A DNA stretch of 64,000 nucleotides from Macrostomum lignano. Lineage: Eukaryota. Each line of letters begins with the position of its first letter. The first letter of the stretch is position 1. The DNA is taken from positions 634,386 through 698,385 of the forward strand of contig NIVC01000301.1 of NCBI GenBank assembly GCA_002269645.1, given 5' to 3'. This document shows, one piece after another, positions 1-56,429 of this stretch. Under the pieces are notes generated by a model, which worked only from the letters and a program-made list of their open reading frames with translations, had not been told where the DNA came from and did no database searches. Position numbers and translations under genes: made by a program.

Positions 1-283
1 ACCTTCATCCCCCCTTCCTCACCTTCATCCCCCTTCCTCACCTTCATCTTCCCTTCCTCACCTTCATCCCCCCTTCTTCACCTTCATCTCCCCTTCCTCA
101 CCTTCATCTCCCTCCTTCCTCACCTTCATCTCCCCTTCCTCACCTTCATCTCCCCTTCCTCACCTTCATCCCCCTTCCTCACCTTCATCCCCTCTTCCTC
201 ACCTTCATCCCCCCTTCCTCACCTTCATCCCCCCTTCCTCACCTTCATCCTCCCTTCCTCACCTTCATCCCCCCTTCCTCACT
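1..283. repeat. About 20-bp pyrimidine minisatellite (CCTTCATCCCCCTTCCTCA)
   Basis: Visible tandem array. Confidence 0.9.
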
Positions 284-303
284 CTCCATCTCCATTCTGC
301 ACT

Positions 304-367
304 TGGAATCGAGCCTGGGCCGCTGGCACATAAGAGCACCGCGCTCGACCACTGGGCTACGGCTCCC
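304..367 (-). mobile_element. tRNA-derived SINE head (copy 1)
   Basis: Revcomp GGGAGCCGTAGCCCAGTGGTCGAGCGCGG..CCCAGGCTCGATTCCA has A- and B-box-like motifs; a second copy lies at 54837-54902. Confidence 0.55.
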
Positions 368-1569
368 ACCAGATCCTTGTGCTTAGATCAAGTGCTTATA
401 TTGTTTTTGTGTTTATGATTGCCTGCGTTTATGAATTCTTTTGTTTATGATCGCTTGTGTTTATGATCGCTTGTGTTTGTGATCGCTTGTGTTTATGATC
501 GCTTGTGCTTATGATCGCTAGTGTTTACATCCATTGGGTTTAATGCATGATTACTTGTGTTTAGATCCCTAGTGTAAGCGGGTATTTTCTGCCCAGAAAT
601 ATTGATCAAACGGTAGTGCTCCGCTGCAGGCCGGTTCTCTCCGATACTGGCGGGCAGCCGCGGCACCTGGAGCGGAAAGCGACGCTTCGCGGCTCTCGGT
701 GACTAAGAAACGAGGCTCAAAGCCGATTATTGATGTAACCGCCCTTGTCGCCCGTCCGCTCCGCGGGGAGGCGAACGCATGACCAGAGGGGGCAATGACC
801 GTAGGCTGCCTATGACCGGGCAATGACCTGACGGACCTCCAGCACCAGACTGTCCCGCTTACATGATTGATAGCTTTGGTAGCGCTTTCGTGACCAGAGG
901 GCCAAGGACCCACATGGACCCCACCTGTAGCCAAGGTGCAATAGTTGGTCACTCGGTCAGAGCATGACGGATCGCTAGAGACCGCTCTGACACGCCGCCG
1001 GCTTTGGAAGTCTTCTTGGAGTCGGGGTAGCAGATGGAGCCTCCTGATTGGCCAGCCACGTCAGCCAATCGCGAGCTCCGACTCACAGCGGGCACTGCAT
1101 CGCTCGCGCCGTGTCGGCGCCGCCCGATTGAAGAGATGGAGAGATGGAGCAGAGAAGCTGGGAGGGTGGCGATGAACCGCTGGGCGCCAGTGGGGTAAAG
1201 CAGGAGAGAGAGGCAGGGGAGGAGGCGAGGAGCACCTCCTGCAATTTAAGAAGAATCCCGAGGCGGCCCAGCCTCCTCATCCCCGCCCCATCCCTACAGG
1301 TTGACCTTGGTTGCTAGGCTGCTTGGTTGACATAATTCGGAATTATCAATTTTGCTAACAGCGGGACTCGGCAAAGTCCTTTCGACCAGTTCGGTTAGAG
1401 TTCGACAGCAATTGGGGCAACAAAGCAGTGAAGCAGCTCCAGTGACTGAGGCCGGGCCAGGAGAGCCATGGGGGCCAGCCGTCCACCTGAGGTGAGTCGC
1501 GAGGGGTCCGGTAGAGATTTAGAGATTTCTGAGTTGTTCTCATGTGTAACATTGGTGACAGTTACAGAA

Positions 1570-2533
1570 ATCTCTGTGACTGTAGGGATCTCTGTGACTG
1601 TATGGATCTCTGTGACTGTAGGGATCTCTGTGACTGTAGGGATGTCTGGGACTGTATGGATCTCTGGGACTGTATGGATCTCTGGGACTGTATGGATCTC
1701 TGTGAATGTCGGGATCTCTGTGACTGTAGGGATCTCTGTGACTGTATGGATCTCTGTGACTGTATGGATCTCTGGGACTGTATGGATCTCTGTGAATGTC
1801 GGATCTCTGTGACTGTAGGGATCTCTGTGACTGTAGGGATCTCTGTGCTGGGATCCTGCTGTCCTCAACTGTCGAGGGCGCCTAGCGACAGCTCGACAAG
1901 CTAGTTGTTGTTGCGGCGAGTGTCGGCCTGGTGGTCAACACGCAGAAAACCTTCGTGCTCTGCGACATCGAGGTTGCGATCGAGGGGCAGATAGACAGGC
2001 GACGGAGCTTTTGCGCTGTCAGCAGTTCATCTACCTTGGCGATCTGGTTCTTGACATCTGCGAGGATCTGCGGCGTTGCCGTGGGCCTGACTGGGCTGTC
2101 ATTCGTTCTGTGAAGGCTGTCCTGCAGTCCGAGGCCCTACAAGCATCGCTGAGGTCGGCGCTGTTCCAAGCGGTGGTCAAGACCGTCCAGTGTCAGGCGT
2201 TCCAGGCAGTGCTGGGATCTGTGAGACTGCTGAGATCTGTGAGACTGCTGGGATCTGTGAGACTGCTGGGATCTGTGAGACTGCTGGGATCTGTGAGACT
2301 GCTGGGATCTGTGAGACTGCTGGGATCTGTGAGACTGCTGGATCTGTGAGACTGCTGGGATCTCTGGGACTGCTAAGATCTCTGGGACTGCTGGGATCTG
2401 TGAGACTGCCGGGATCTCTCGGACAGCTGGGATCTGTGAGACTGCTGGGATCTCTGGGTCTGCTGGGATCTCTGGGACTGCTGGATCTCTGGGACTGCTG
2501 GGATCTCTGGGACTGGGATCTGTGAGACTGCCG
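1570..2533. repeat. Two GGATCT-core minisatellites (1570-1850, 2208-2533)
   Basis: About 18-20-bp units flanking the RT fragment. Confidence 0.9.
1865..2200 (+). pseudogene. Degenerate non-LTR retrotransposon RT fragment (RTE-like)
   Basis: A*RQLDKLVVVAASVGLVVNTQKT... then QFIYLG...EDLRRCRG..WAVIRSVKAVL, matching the GLxVNxxKT and FxYLG thumb motifs; contains a stop and a frameshift. Confidence 0.6.
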
Positions 2534-2886
2534 GGGTGCCTGTATCTTGAAGCACTTTTGTTCTCTAATATGCTCGTGGCATTCCTATTTTAGAGTTTAC
2601 GATATCCTTTGACGTCGCTCCCTTTTCCCTACGATACCTTTAAACCGCCTCATCAAAGTGATTGATTCGTATTTTCGCTTTACAAGCCGGATAAGCCTCT
2701 GATAAGCAGCCAGTCATCCAGCATGCATTAATTTCCTGAGCTCATGCCCAGAGCCCACTTCTTTGCTGCTTTTGTATCCGAAGCGGGGCTTCGGCCGAGC
2801 TCATTACTAATTAATTAATGAAGCTCTGACACTGAAGAAATGTACTTGCAGCCGTTGCATCCTGTAGTACTCTGCTTAATTCATCT

Positions 2887-2908
2887 TAGATAGATAGATG
2901 GATAGATG

Positions 2909-2975
<67 letters not shown>

Positions 2976-3012
2976 GGATAGATAGATAGATGGATAGATA
3001 GATAGATAGATG

Positions 3013-3099
<87 letters not shown>

Positions 3100-3132
3100 G
3101 GATAGATAGATGGATAGATAGATGGATAGATA
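2887..3132. repeat. (GATA)n microsatellite
   Basis: Visible. Confidence 0.97.
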
Positions 3133-3774
3133 CGCTAGCAGACGGACAGGCAGTCCAGCTAACATGGAACTCATGTAATCTAGGAAAATATCATAAAACA
3201 CACTCTGGGCAGGAAGTGGGCGGAGAGCGAGGGCCACCGACAGAAGATAAATTTATCGAAAGGCGAGATCCCGGGAGGTGCCGCCGCAAACACTGGCCTC
3301 ATTATCTGAGCGCGGGCCAGAGTGTTGCCGGCCCGCGGGGGGGAGACGGCAATCAGTCCGACCCCTTTATGGATCCCCTGCCCAGACAGAGGCTCCCTTT
3401 CGCCTTCTTCTCTTTCTATTTTGTGCCGGGGCGGACTCCGGCCGGGACTCTTGCCCTGGGCTGCCGGAGCTCCTCTCTGCCGAGCCCCCGGGGAGGCTGC
3501 ATGGCCGAAAGTTGCAGAGTGGCGTGCCTTGGCCCGGCTGCTGAACTGGCCAAGTGCTGCAAAGTCTGCGGTCGTGTTGTTCCTTCTCGCTTGTTCTCCG
3601 GCTCTCTCGCGGTCTCCTAGCGGGCTTTCCTTTTCTAAATTAGTAAAGTAATTCATGCCTATAACAACTTCTTCGTTTCGTTTCGCATATCCGCGTCACG
3701 TGACTTTCGCCTTCAGAGCCGTGCAGAATGGAATCGATGCGCCTACTAGATTCAAGTTCGCTTCCTGGACTATC

Positions 3775-4150
3775 TTCCAGTCACGTGATAATAGAATGTA
3801 CATTTTACGACCCGGTCCAGTCACCTGATAATAGAGTATAACCATACGACCAGTTCTAATCACGTGATGATGGAATGTACATTTAGGACCCGATCTAGTC
3901 ACGTGATAATAGAATGTACATCCTAGGATCAATTCTACTCACGTGATAAAAACAATGTACAATTTAGGACCCGGTCCAGTCATGTGATAATAGAATGTAA
4001 ACCTTACGACCAGTTCTAATCACGTGATGATAGAATGTACATTTTAGGATCCAGTCTAGTCACGTGATAAAAAGAATGTACATTTTAGGACCCGGTCTAG
4101 TCACGTGATAATGGAATGTACATCTTGCGACCCAATCTAGTCACGTGACG
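3775..4150. repeat. About 40-bp minisatellite with CACGTG in most units
   Basis: CTAGTCACGTGATAATAGAATGTACATTTTAGGACCCGGT-like, about 9-10 copies. Confidence 0.9.
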
Positions 4151-4857
4151 CATTGCCTACGCTACCGCATATCAGACTTCGGCCCAGTCAAGCAGATCAG
4201 ACTGCATCTCTCGGAGGCGCGCAGTCAGCACAACTGACTCCCTCAGAACTCGAGTTCCGTTTCCGCCTCTTTCTGTTCCCCGTCCGTCCGGCCGGCCTGG
4301 ACAAAGGCGGTCCCGGTCGTAGACGGGAGGCCGATCCGACCGCTACGCATCTGGCTGTTTTACGAGCTACGCTACACCCCGCTGCGGCAGCTCAGGCCCA
4401 GCCGGCTTCCCCGTCTCTGCCCGCCCAGCTGCTGCTTTCTCTCCTTCCTCTTCTAGGAGATGTTTTCAAACTTAGCGCTCTGCAGTTGCTGGAGAAGAGG
4501 GAGTGGGCGCCGCCGATCTCAGTCAATAAGTTCAGTGCGCCAAAATGATTGCTACTCATTTTCCCAGCTTCGCCGATCCGCAATCCCAACCTCCGAGTTC
4601 CGATCCGCGACCCGGCTGGGGATGGAGGAAATCATGGGGTAATGGGAGCGGAGTCAGGGGAAATCCAAACTGCAGCAGTGCTTAACGGATTCCAGCTGCT
4701 CCGCTGTGTAACGCGGTTTCTGTGGCGAGTTCCCCGCTGCGGTCTGAGCTGCAATACTTAAGAGATTTCATTCCTCATGTGCGTTGAGAATTTTGCCTTG
4801 ACCCGGGAATTGAGGGGGGGGGCTACTCTGTAGGAGAAAGTTACCGACTAAAATTGG

Positions 4858-5160
4858 GAGTGAGCAGTGAGCAATGAGTGAGCAGTGAGTGAGCAGTGAG
4901 CAGTGAGCAGTGAGTGAGCAGTGAGCAGTGAGTGAGCAGTGAGCAGTGAGTGAGCAGTGAGCAGTGAGCAGTGAGTGAGCAGTGAGCAGTGAGTGAGCAG
5001 TGAGCAGTGAGCAGTGAGTGAGCAGTGAGCAGTGAGCAGTGAGTGAGCAGTGAGCAGTGAGCAGTGAGCAGTGAGCAGTGAGTGAGCAGTGAGCAGTGAG
5101 TGAGCTGTGAGCAGTGAGTGAGCAGTGAGCAGTGAGTGAGCAGTGAGCAGTGAGCAGTGC
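4858..5160. repeat. GAGCAGT/GAGT compound repeat
   Basis: Visible. Confidence 0.95.
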
Positions 5161-5764
5161 GCAATGAGCCGTTATAGCCAGTTTGCAACGCAGAAAAGTA
5201 GTCAAGTCTGCTCTCAAGGTCCCGCAGTGAATTTTAGATTTGCGCTCATCAGCGAAAGCGGTGTTGCCGGGCACAACCGGAGAAGCGGGTGGCAGCTGTC
5301 CCTGGCGCGACATCCGCATCAATCTTGGCCAGACAGCCAGCCCTCCCGCCGTCAGGTCTGTCTGCTTGGCCTCAGTTTTCTATTAGCAATTGTCAATCTC
5401 TCCAGAGCGGGGGCTCCACCTTTGCATTAATGGGATGGGGAGACGCCCTGCCTTTCAGGCTAAATGCGGGCGATAATTCGCTGGGTTGTGAGTGAAGCCA
5501 GAGGTCCCGGGATCGATTCCTCGCCGCTGGTCGATCGCAGCGGCAACAATTTGCGCCCGTCTGTTGCCTCGGCTCCACCCCCACCCCCCAGCTGAGCCAA
5601 ATCAGCCTCATTGTTTGCCACCCTCTCCGCGAACTCCAAGTTCTTGGAGCTTTGGCCTGGGGTCAATGCGTACATCCTCTTCCTCTGCCCTGCCCTCCTC
5701 TCTGCTCCACTCTCCGCTGTCCATCAAGTCAGGGGATAGAAGAAGTAGGTAGAGAATTAGATAT

Positions 5765-6250
5765 GGAGAGAGATGCACAAATAGGGAAGTAGACAGAGAA
5801 GTAGATATGGAGGTAAATGCACAAATAGGAAAGTAGACAGAGAAGTAGATATGGAGGTAAATGCACAAATAGGGAAGTAGACAGAGAAGTAGATATGGAG
5901 GTAAATGCACAAATAGGAAAGTAGACAGAGAAGTAGATATGGAGGTAAATGCACAAATAGGAAAGTAGACAGAGAAGTAGATATGGAGGTAAATGCACAA
6001 ATAGGAAAGTAGACAGAGAAGTAGATATGGAGGTAAATGCACAAATAGGAAAGTAGACAGAGAAGTAGATATGGAGGTAAATGCACAAATAGGAAAGTAG
6101 ACAGAGAAGTAGATATGGAGGTAAATGCACAAATAGGAAAGTAGACAGGGAGGTAGATATTGAGGGAGATGCGCTGATGGAAAAGTAGGCAGAGAAGTAG
6201 ATATGGAGGGAGATGCGCTGATGGAGAAGTAGGCAGAGAAGTAGACAGGA
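5765..6250. repeat. 44-bp minisatellite
   Basis: AAGTAGACAGAGAAGTAGATATGGAGGTAAATGCACAAATAGGA tandem copies. Confidence 0.95.
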
Positions 6251-6742
6251 AGTGGGCCACATGAATATGAGGCTGTGAGTCTCCCAGACTGACCCCGCGC
6301 TCCCGATCCCAAAAATGCCGCCTACGCTGCCTCGCGGGCTCTGCTGCATGCATTTAATGAACAATTTGGATGCAGAGGCAGCTCAGCCTCCCCTCTTCTC
6401 CCTTGATCCCCTCGCAACACGTGGCTTCACCCCCCCCCGATTCTGTACTCGACATCAGCCCCAGGCTGCAGCATCCCTATTCTCCGTTTCCATCGCTCAC
6501 TCCGGTGTATTAATTATTCCGTCCTGCCTGGGACCGGGCGTTGCTCGTCTCGATGCTCGCAGCTCCCCAGCACCAAGCACCAGCCTCTGATTAATGCCCG
6601 CCAGCAGTCTACCGGCTATGAAACATTAATTGCGAATTTCGACTTGCTGGGGTGGCGGGTTTCCGCTCACCTCCGCGTCTGCTGTCTATCAAAGAACTGT
6701 CTGCGGCTCAGCGCTTGGAATGCGATGCTTGAATGTTTGAAA

Positions 6743-7472
<730 letters not shown>

Positions 7473-9159
7473 GCTACCTAGAACAGCCAATAGGCTGCTC
7501 ATCCGGCAGCAGATGGGGAGCTGGGAATTTACGGCCCCAGCGGGAAGCAGCAGCAACAGCAGCTTTCATTGCAGGCAGCCGCACCCCTCAGCCTCCGGAT
7601 CGGGATTCTTCCCAGCCGAATTCACCCCGCAGCTGCAGTCCGATCGGCTCCGTCATTTCAAATGCCATTAACGCGCCAAGCCTGGCGGGCCCCACCAACA
7701 GGCCGCCTTTTGTCCCCGCGCTCTCACCGCCTCATTCCAATTGATTTGCCCAGCAACCCCAGGGTTCCCCATGGAGACGGCGTATTGTCTGGCAGACAAT
7801 GCCGATCTGGAGATTTATTATCGCATCCCAAATCCCCGACATCCCTTTGTTCCCGGTTTAATCAGCGATCAGCCTCTCTCTGCCTTGCGTCTGCTTTCTT
7901 CATCTCCGGGGAGTGCAAAACTCCGGGAGGTGTCGGTCTCTGGGGAGGGAGTTTTACAGTCCCCAGACCAGTGGCTCGAAGTTAAGCAGAGTCGGACGGG
8001 GTTAGTACTATAAGCGAGGACCATAGGAAGTCAGTTAACCACCCAGCCCGCCAGCTTCGAATTGCCCAATCAGCGGTACTGCAAGAGGCGGAGACTCACG
8101 AAATCTGCCAGCTCAATCTGCGGATTCGATAAGTGGCTCGGCAACCCCTCCTCAGCCCAGCATCCCAGCTGCCTCATCCATCACCCGGGCCGGCTGAATG
8201 GATTAATTAGCACAGCAATCGGTTGCTGGGGGGGGGGGGCAATTCGAATCGCATATTTACCTACGGACTGCCCGTGTGTGCTCAGATCTTGCGTGCGCCC
8301 GGCGGGGCCTCACCAGCGGTTCCGTTATTCATTTTCATTTCTGTCATTGGCCAGGGGCCCAGCCTCCGTCATCGCCTCCTGCAGCTGCCGGGGAGGCCGC
8401 CCTGTTTGCCGAATGAACGAACCTCTGAGATTGCGAGCAGAAGGAGACCAGGAGAAATGAGGGGAGGGAGTCACACATTGAGCTGCCTGGCTCTCCTTAA
8501 AAGTACATATCGTCTAGGTTTGATCCTCCCTTTGAAGTAGCCGGTTGGCTCAGAAACGGGCAGTTGACGAGAACAGCACTAAGTTTTATTTCCCCACTGC
8601 CAAGGTCCAACTTCGAAATGCCTCCAATAAATAAAATGAGTAGAAAATTCAAAAGAATTTGCGCACTGCTGGGGCGGTGGGCTCAGGCAGGAAAAAATGT
8701 GCTCCATTTTTGAGCCGAGAGGCCCCGCCAGATTTGGCAATCTATAATGCATAAAGTGAGGAGAAGAGAGGGGGACTCGCAGGTCTCATACAGGCTTAGT
8801 GGCATTAGGCGGTGTCCTAATTGAAAGTTAATTGACTCTGCAGAGAGGGGAACAGTGCAGGGATTGGCGGCGATCCAGGCGACAGAGACTGTAGTCAATA
8901 TGCCCGGGGAGAAAAAGTGAAAAGATTTTTGAGCAGCTTAAGTGGGAATAAATTGCATTCTGCACTCGGGATGACTGACTGCTGCTTTATCAGGCGGATG
9001 AATGAAAATTGTCATTTCGCAATAAAATTCCGTGCAAGCAGCAGACATTCTATTTTTAGTAAAAGATAGTTCCCTCTGGTGTGAAGTCAAGTCATACTCA
9101 GTGACTTCACTGGCGAATCTGCACCTCATGAGCCACCCTGTTTATCTCGCTTCAGCTAA

Positions 9160-9545
9160 AGTAGACACCCACCTCACTCCCTCCCTGTTCAACGAGTTCA
9201 ATTAGACATCCACCTCACTCCCTCCCTGTTCAATGAGTTCAAGTAGACACCCACCTCACCCCTCCCTGCTCAATGAGTTCAATTAGACATCCACCTCACT
9301 CCCTCCCTGTTCAACGAGTTCAATTAGACATCCACCTCACTCCCTCCCTGTTCAACGAGTTCAACTAGACACCCACCTCACCCCTCCCTGTTCAATGAGT
9401 TCAATTAGACATCCACCTCACTCCCTCCCTGTTCAACGAGTTCAACTAGACACCCACCTCACCCCTCCCTGTTCAATGAGTTCAATTAGACACCCACCTC
9501 ACCCCCTCCTTGCTCAATGAGTTCAACTAGACACCCACCCCACTC
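9160..9545. repeat. About 40-bp minisatellite (AGACACCCACCTCACCCCTCCCTGTTCAACGAGTTCAATT)
   Basis: Visible. Confidence 0.9.
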
Positions 9546-9778
9546 CCTGCCCAATCAGATTCAACAAGACGCCTACCGTAAACATACGACTCAACTTGAT
9601 AAGTTAAACTTTTAAAAATTTCAGCAGCGGCACCGCTGACAAATGTCGGATGCCGCAGGCGGCCAAGACCGGCGGCCCAGTGGCGGCCTGACTGATTGAG
9701 GCGGCCGCCTAAAATCGTTGATTACCTGAATTCCCCTCCCCCTCCTACACAAAAATATCCCCCACAACGCCGGCCTTG

Positions 9779-53053
<43,275 letters not shown>

Positions 53054-53951
53054 GGGGCGCCGCCTTGGCCCTTCTGCACTGCTCCCTCCTCCCTCGCACT
53101 GCCTCGGCCCAGAAAGCCTTCAGAACTGCGTCTGGTCTGCAGAAACGTCTCGCGCCACCTCAAGTCAGTATTTTGTCGCTTGCCTTCTGCGCCTCAGCAG
53201 CTTTTTCACAACTCATTCGTGACGCCGCTATCGCTGACTGTTTGTTCTCAACTCCCTCGATGTGTTCAGACCCGTCTCTATCTATTACTACAAGTAATAC
53301 TGCTTTCTCTGCTTTTGATGTTCACTTTGCATTCGATAGATGAAATGAAATTCGCTGCTCTACCGCACCCTGCGCGTTTTCTCCTCGCTTTTCTTTCACA
53401 TGCTACTCAAAGTACACAGTGCTGGGTCTGTAAGCGCCGTTTAAAAAATCTGGTTTCGTTTGTAATAGACTTGTAAGTACTTTTTTAACATGCGGCGCCA
53501 TGACTGTAAGGTTGCTCACACATTGACAAGTTTTGGAACATGTATGCAAAGCAAACTTCCCTCTCCTTCACTATTTAACCGCTAATTCTATTGTTTAACT
53601 GTGATTAATTATCTGCGATGCAATCGCAGAACCAACAGCTGCTGATTAAAAGTGCGCAGCCGAATTGCTCCGTCTCATTTTCTAAAAATTTCTATTCTTT
53701 GTTGAGTAAATTTTTGCCGCATGAAATCTGCCTGGCTTGTAAGCTTTTGGTGAGTCAGACGAGCGAGCCTGCTGGTTCTGCTTTAATAGAGCTGACAGGA
53801 TGAAGGCTGAAGATGGAAGACTGGCAGGCGCGTCTCGTGCTAAACAGGAAGCAGGTTAAGAACTGACTGTTGCATCAGCTTGAGTCTTGACTAATTAGCG
53901 CATAAATGCTTTATTGGAAATGCAAAAACCTTGTGCCAGTGTCACTTTATA

Positions 53952-53957
53952 AATAAA
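53952..53957 (+). terminator. Candidate polyadenylation signal for Cav2
   Basis: AATAAA about 900 nt after the stop codon; motif only. Confidence 0.3.
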
Positions 53958-54056
53958 CTACTACAAGTAGCAGCCATTGCGACTACTGAGGCTGCAAGTG
54001 CAATAGTCAATAGTGTCAATAGTGCAATTCTCGAACCGTAATATTTCCCGCTCAGG

Positions 54057-54209
54057 CAGGCGCATAGCCAGGATTCACGTCAGGGGGGGACAGAGACATA
54101 AATCCATCTCTGATGGAAGCGATGAATGCAAAATACAAAGACAGAAAAAAATTTCGCCCTCCAGGGGGGGCAAGTCCCCAGTGTCCCCCCCCCCTTGGCT
54201 ACGCCCCTG
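54057..54209. mobile_element. hAT-like MITE (153 bp)
   Basis: TIRs CAGGCGCATAGCCAGG / revcomp CAGGGGCGTAGCCAAGG; 8-bp TSD CGCTCAGG at 54049-54056 and 54210-54217. Confidence 0.75.
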
Positions 54210-54836
54210 CGCTCAGGTTTGCGAAGATTCGGAATCACTATCTGTATGGCGATTTTTCAACCTAAAAACTGAAATTAGGTGGAGGAGTGATTCCTAACAG
54301 ACTAATCGCCACAACGAAGTCTGTATCAGAGCTATCGGATCCCTCTGTTGGATCGGAACTGAGTGGAGAATCATCGAAACCCCCATCTCTCTGTCTCACT
54401 AGACCCCTAGTAGGATAAATAAGTTGACATGCATGTAAGGTCCCTATTTACATGTAAGCCATAATATCTGTAGCACAAACAAATAACTTTTCATACCACA
54501 ATGTCTATGAACAGTTTGCTTTGAGATATTTATACATAATATCACTTAATTTATGCACAAAATAAAGTTCGACTTCGACCGTCTTCGACCGACGAGAGGC
54601 ATTGCTGCCCATTCCGCCGACTCTCATGAGCAGCCACACATGTGCGCGGATATGTACGCAGTCATACGCACAGGCACACACTCATACAGGAGTGTACAGC
54701 GGTCTTAACTTTATTTACGATCGTTAGGCATGTACACTTCACACTTTGTCTTGGGGATTGGCGCTCTAGATCGTTATTTGCACGAGCAGAGACAAGCCGA
54801 GATCTTCAACTTAGCCCCAATATAATATGACTGCAA

Positions 54837-54902
54837 TGGAATCGAGCCTGGGCTGCTGGCACATAAGAACGCCGCGCTAGAACACTAAGGCTACGGCCCC
54901 CA
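54837..54902 (-). mobile_element. tRNA-derived SINE head (copy 2)
   Basis: Clearly similar to 304-367. Confidence 0.55.
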
Positions 54903-54924
54903 TCTACGGTCACCTTTTAAAGTG

Positions 54925-55100
54925 CCGAAGCTCTGGCGAACAGGCGAAAGAATTGTCGTGATATCAGCAGTTCGTCTACCTCCGCTGTTTGGTTTTCGAC
55001 CTTCACGAGGATCTGCGGCGTCGCAGTGGGTTTGGCTGGACTGCCTTTCGTTCTATGAGGGCAGTCCTGCAGTCCGAGGCCCTACCGCCAGAGCGCTCCA
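54925..55100 (+). pseudogene. Second RTE-like RT fragment
   Basis: DNA similarity to 2020-2155 (CAGCAGTTCGTCTACCT..CGAGGATCTGCGGCGT..GTCCTGCAGTCCGAGGCCCTAC). Confidence 0.5.
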
Positions 55101-56429
55101 TCTAGGCAGTGGCTGACGTTGATAGCTCGTAGACTCAGTCGAACAGCAATTTGACGACAAGCTTCAAGATCGGCGTACATCGAATTTGTTGCTTTTGTTT
55201 GTGCTATTTTCTACTTTCATCCACAGCCGACTGGCGCTCCTTCTATCGCTTCCGAACGGAGCCCCAGTCTGCCTATGAATTATACTCGTAGAAAACGCCT
55301 TCTGGTATAGGAGGAGTAAAATGAATTTCCAATCTAGCCGTGACATTTTTGCTTTGAATCTCTTTGCTTCCTGTTTCGTGGCTTTAGGCCGGCTACGATG
55401 TTCATTAAAGCCATTCAAATGCAATGGAAGCCTTAGGTGTCTCCCATCTGCTGCTTGGGTAGGAAAATGCATGTTATGTCGCCAACAGCAAAGGTATATA
55501 CGTCACTTTAGTCATTCGCGAGGCATCAAAAGTTGGGCTACTGTGAAGTTCCACTTCGTTTAGCCTTCGTTTAGGCTTCGTTTAGGCAATAACACAGGCA
55601 ATTCTATTGCCTATGCATGCTTGCTCACAATTTTCCAATTAGCCGGCAACTCTGACAAAGAAATTAGCTCGTATAAGCATACGCTTTCCACTGAATTACC
55701 TAGCATATGCATAGAACGCTCTTACACTAATTAGATAAGTCATTTACTGTAACCGTGACAAAATTTTCGCGAATGATGTCCTGGGCCCCACAAAGCTTCA
55801 GGACTGGACAAATATATCTATAGAAAATAATTTGCACCAAAAAGTTTTCTGTGGCAACGGGCAGCGGTGTGAAGCCGGCTGAGGGAATCTCTGCTGAGTA
55901 AACAAACTGGTTTCCTCCCAAATTTCCTTTGTCGGATCGCGAGCAAACTCATGACGCCTGACTGGATAGCTGACACACTCTGAACCTCAGCAAACATAAA
56001 GTTTTAACCTGCTGGCCCTACAGTCCTTCATTTGACACAGACAGTTGGTTTGTTCTAGAGTCCGCTTGCTAACTTGCCGAGATTCGGAACTTTACTTTGC
56101 ATTCCGTTACAACCGCACGGCCCTCACTAGGCGTTTCGTCGACTGCCTGTTGGCTGACGCTGGCGCCCCGGATTCGGCCGGCGGCGCGGCTTTCATTCGC
56201 GACCTGGCCTTGAGGCGTGCCCTGTGACTTGTTGTTATTCTGTTATTGTTGTTGTTATTCCCAAAGTTTAACGACTGTTGGGGTAAACTGATAATTTGAA
56301 GGTCCTTGTGATGGTTTAACTAAGATTTTAAGATCCAATGGTCTTTATACTCGTATAATCGACAGTCTCAGACAGTTTCATTAATTGGCATACCTAATGA
56401 GTTGCACAATATTCTGAAAGGATTTTTAG

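Noticed and set aside
3180-4761. GC-rich ORFs on both strands as a separate gene
   Set aside because: No recognisable domain or consistent exon chain could be built by eye.
5460-5525. tRNA-like B box (GGTCCCGGGATCGATTCC)
   Set aside because: No convincing A box or cloverleaf, and no second copy in the window.
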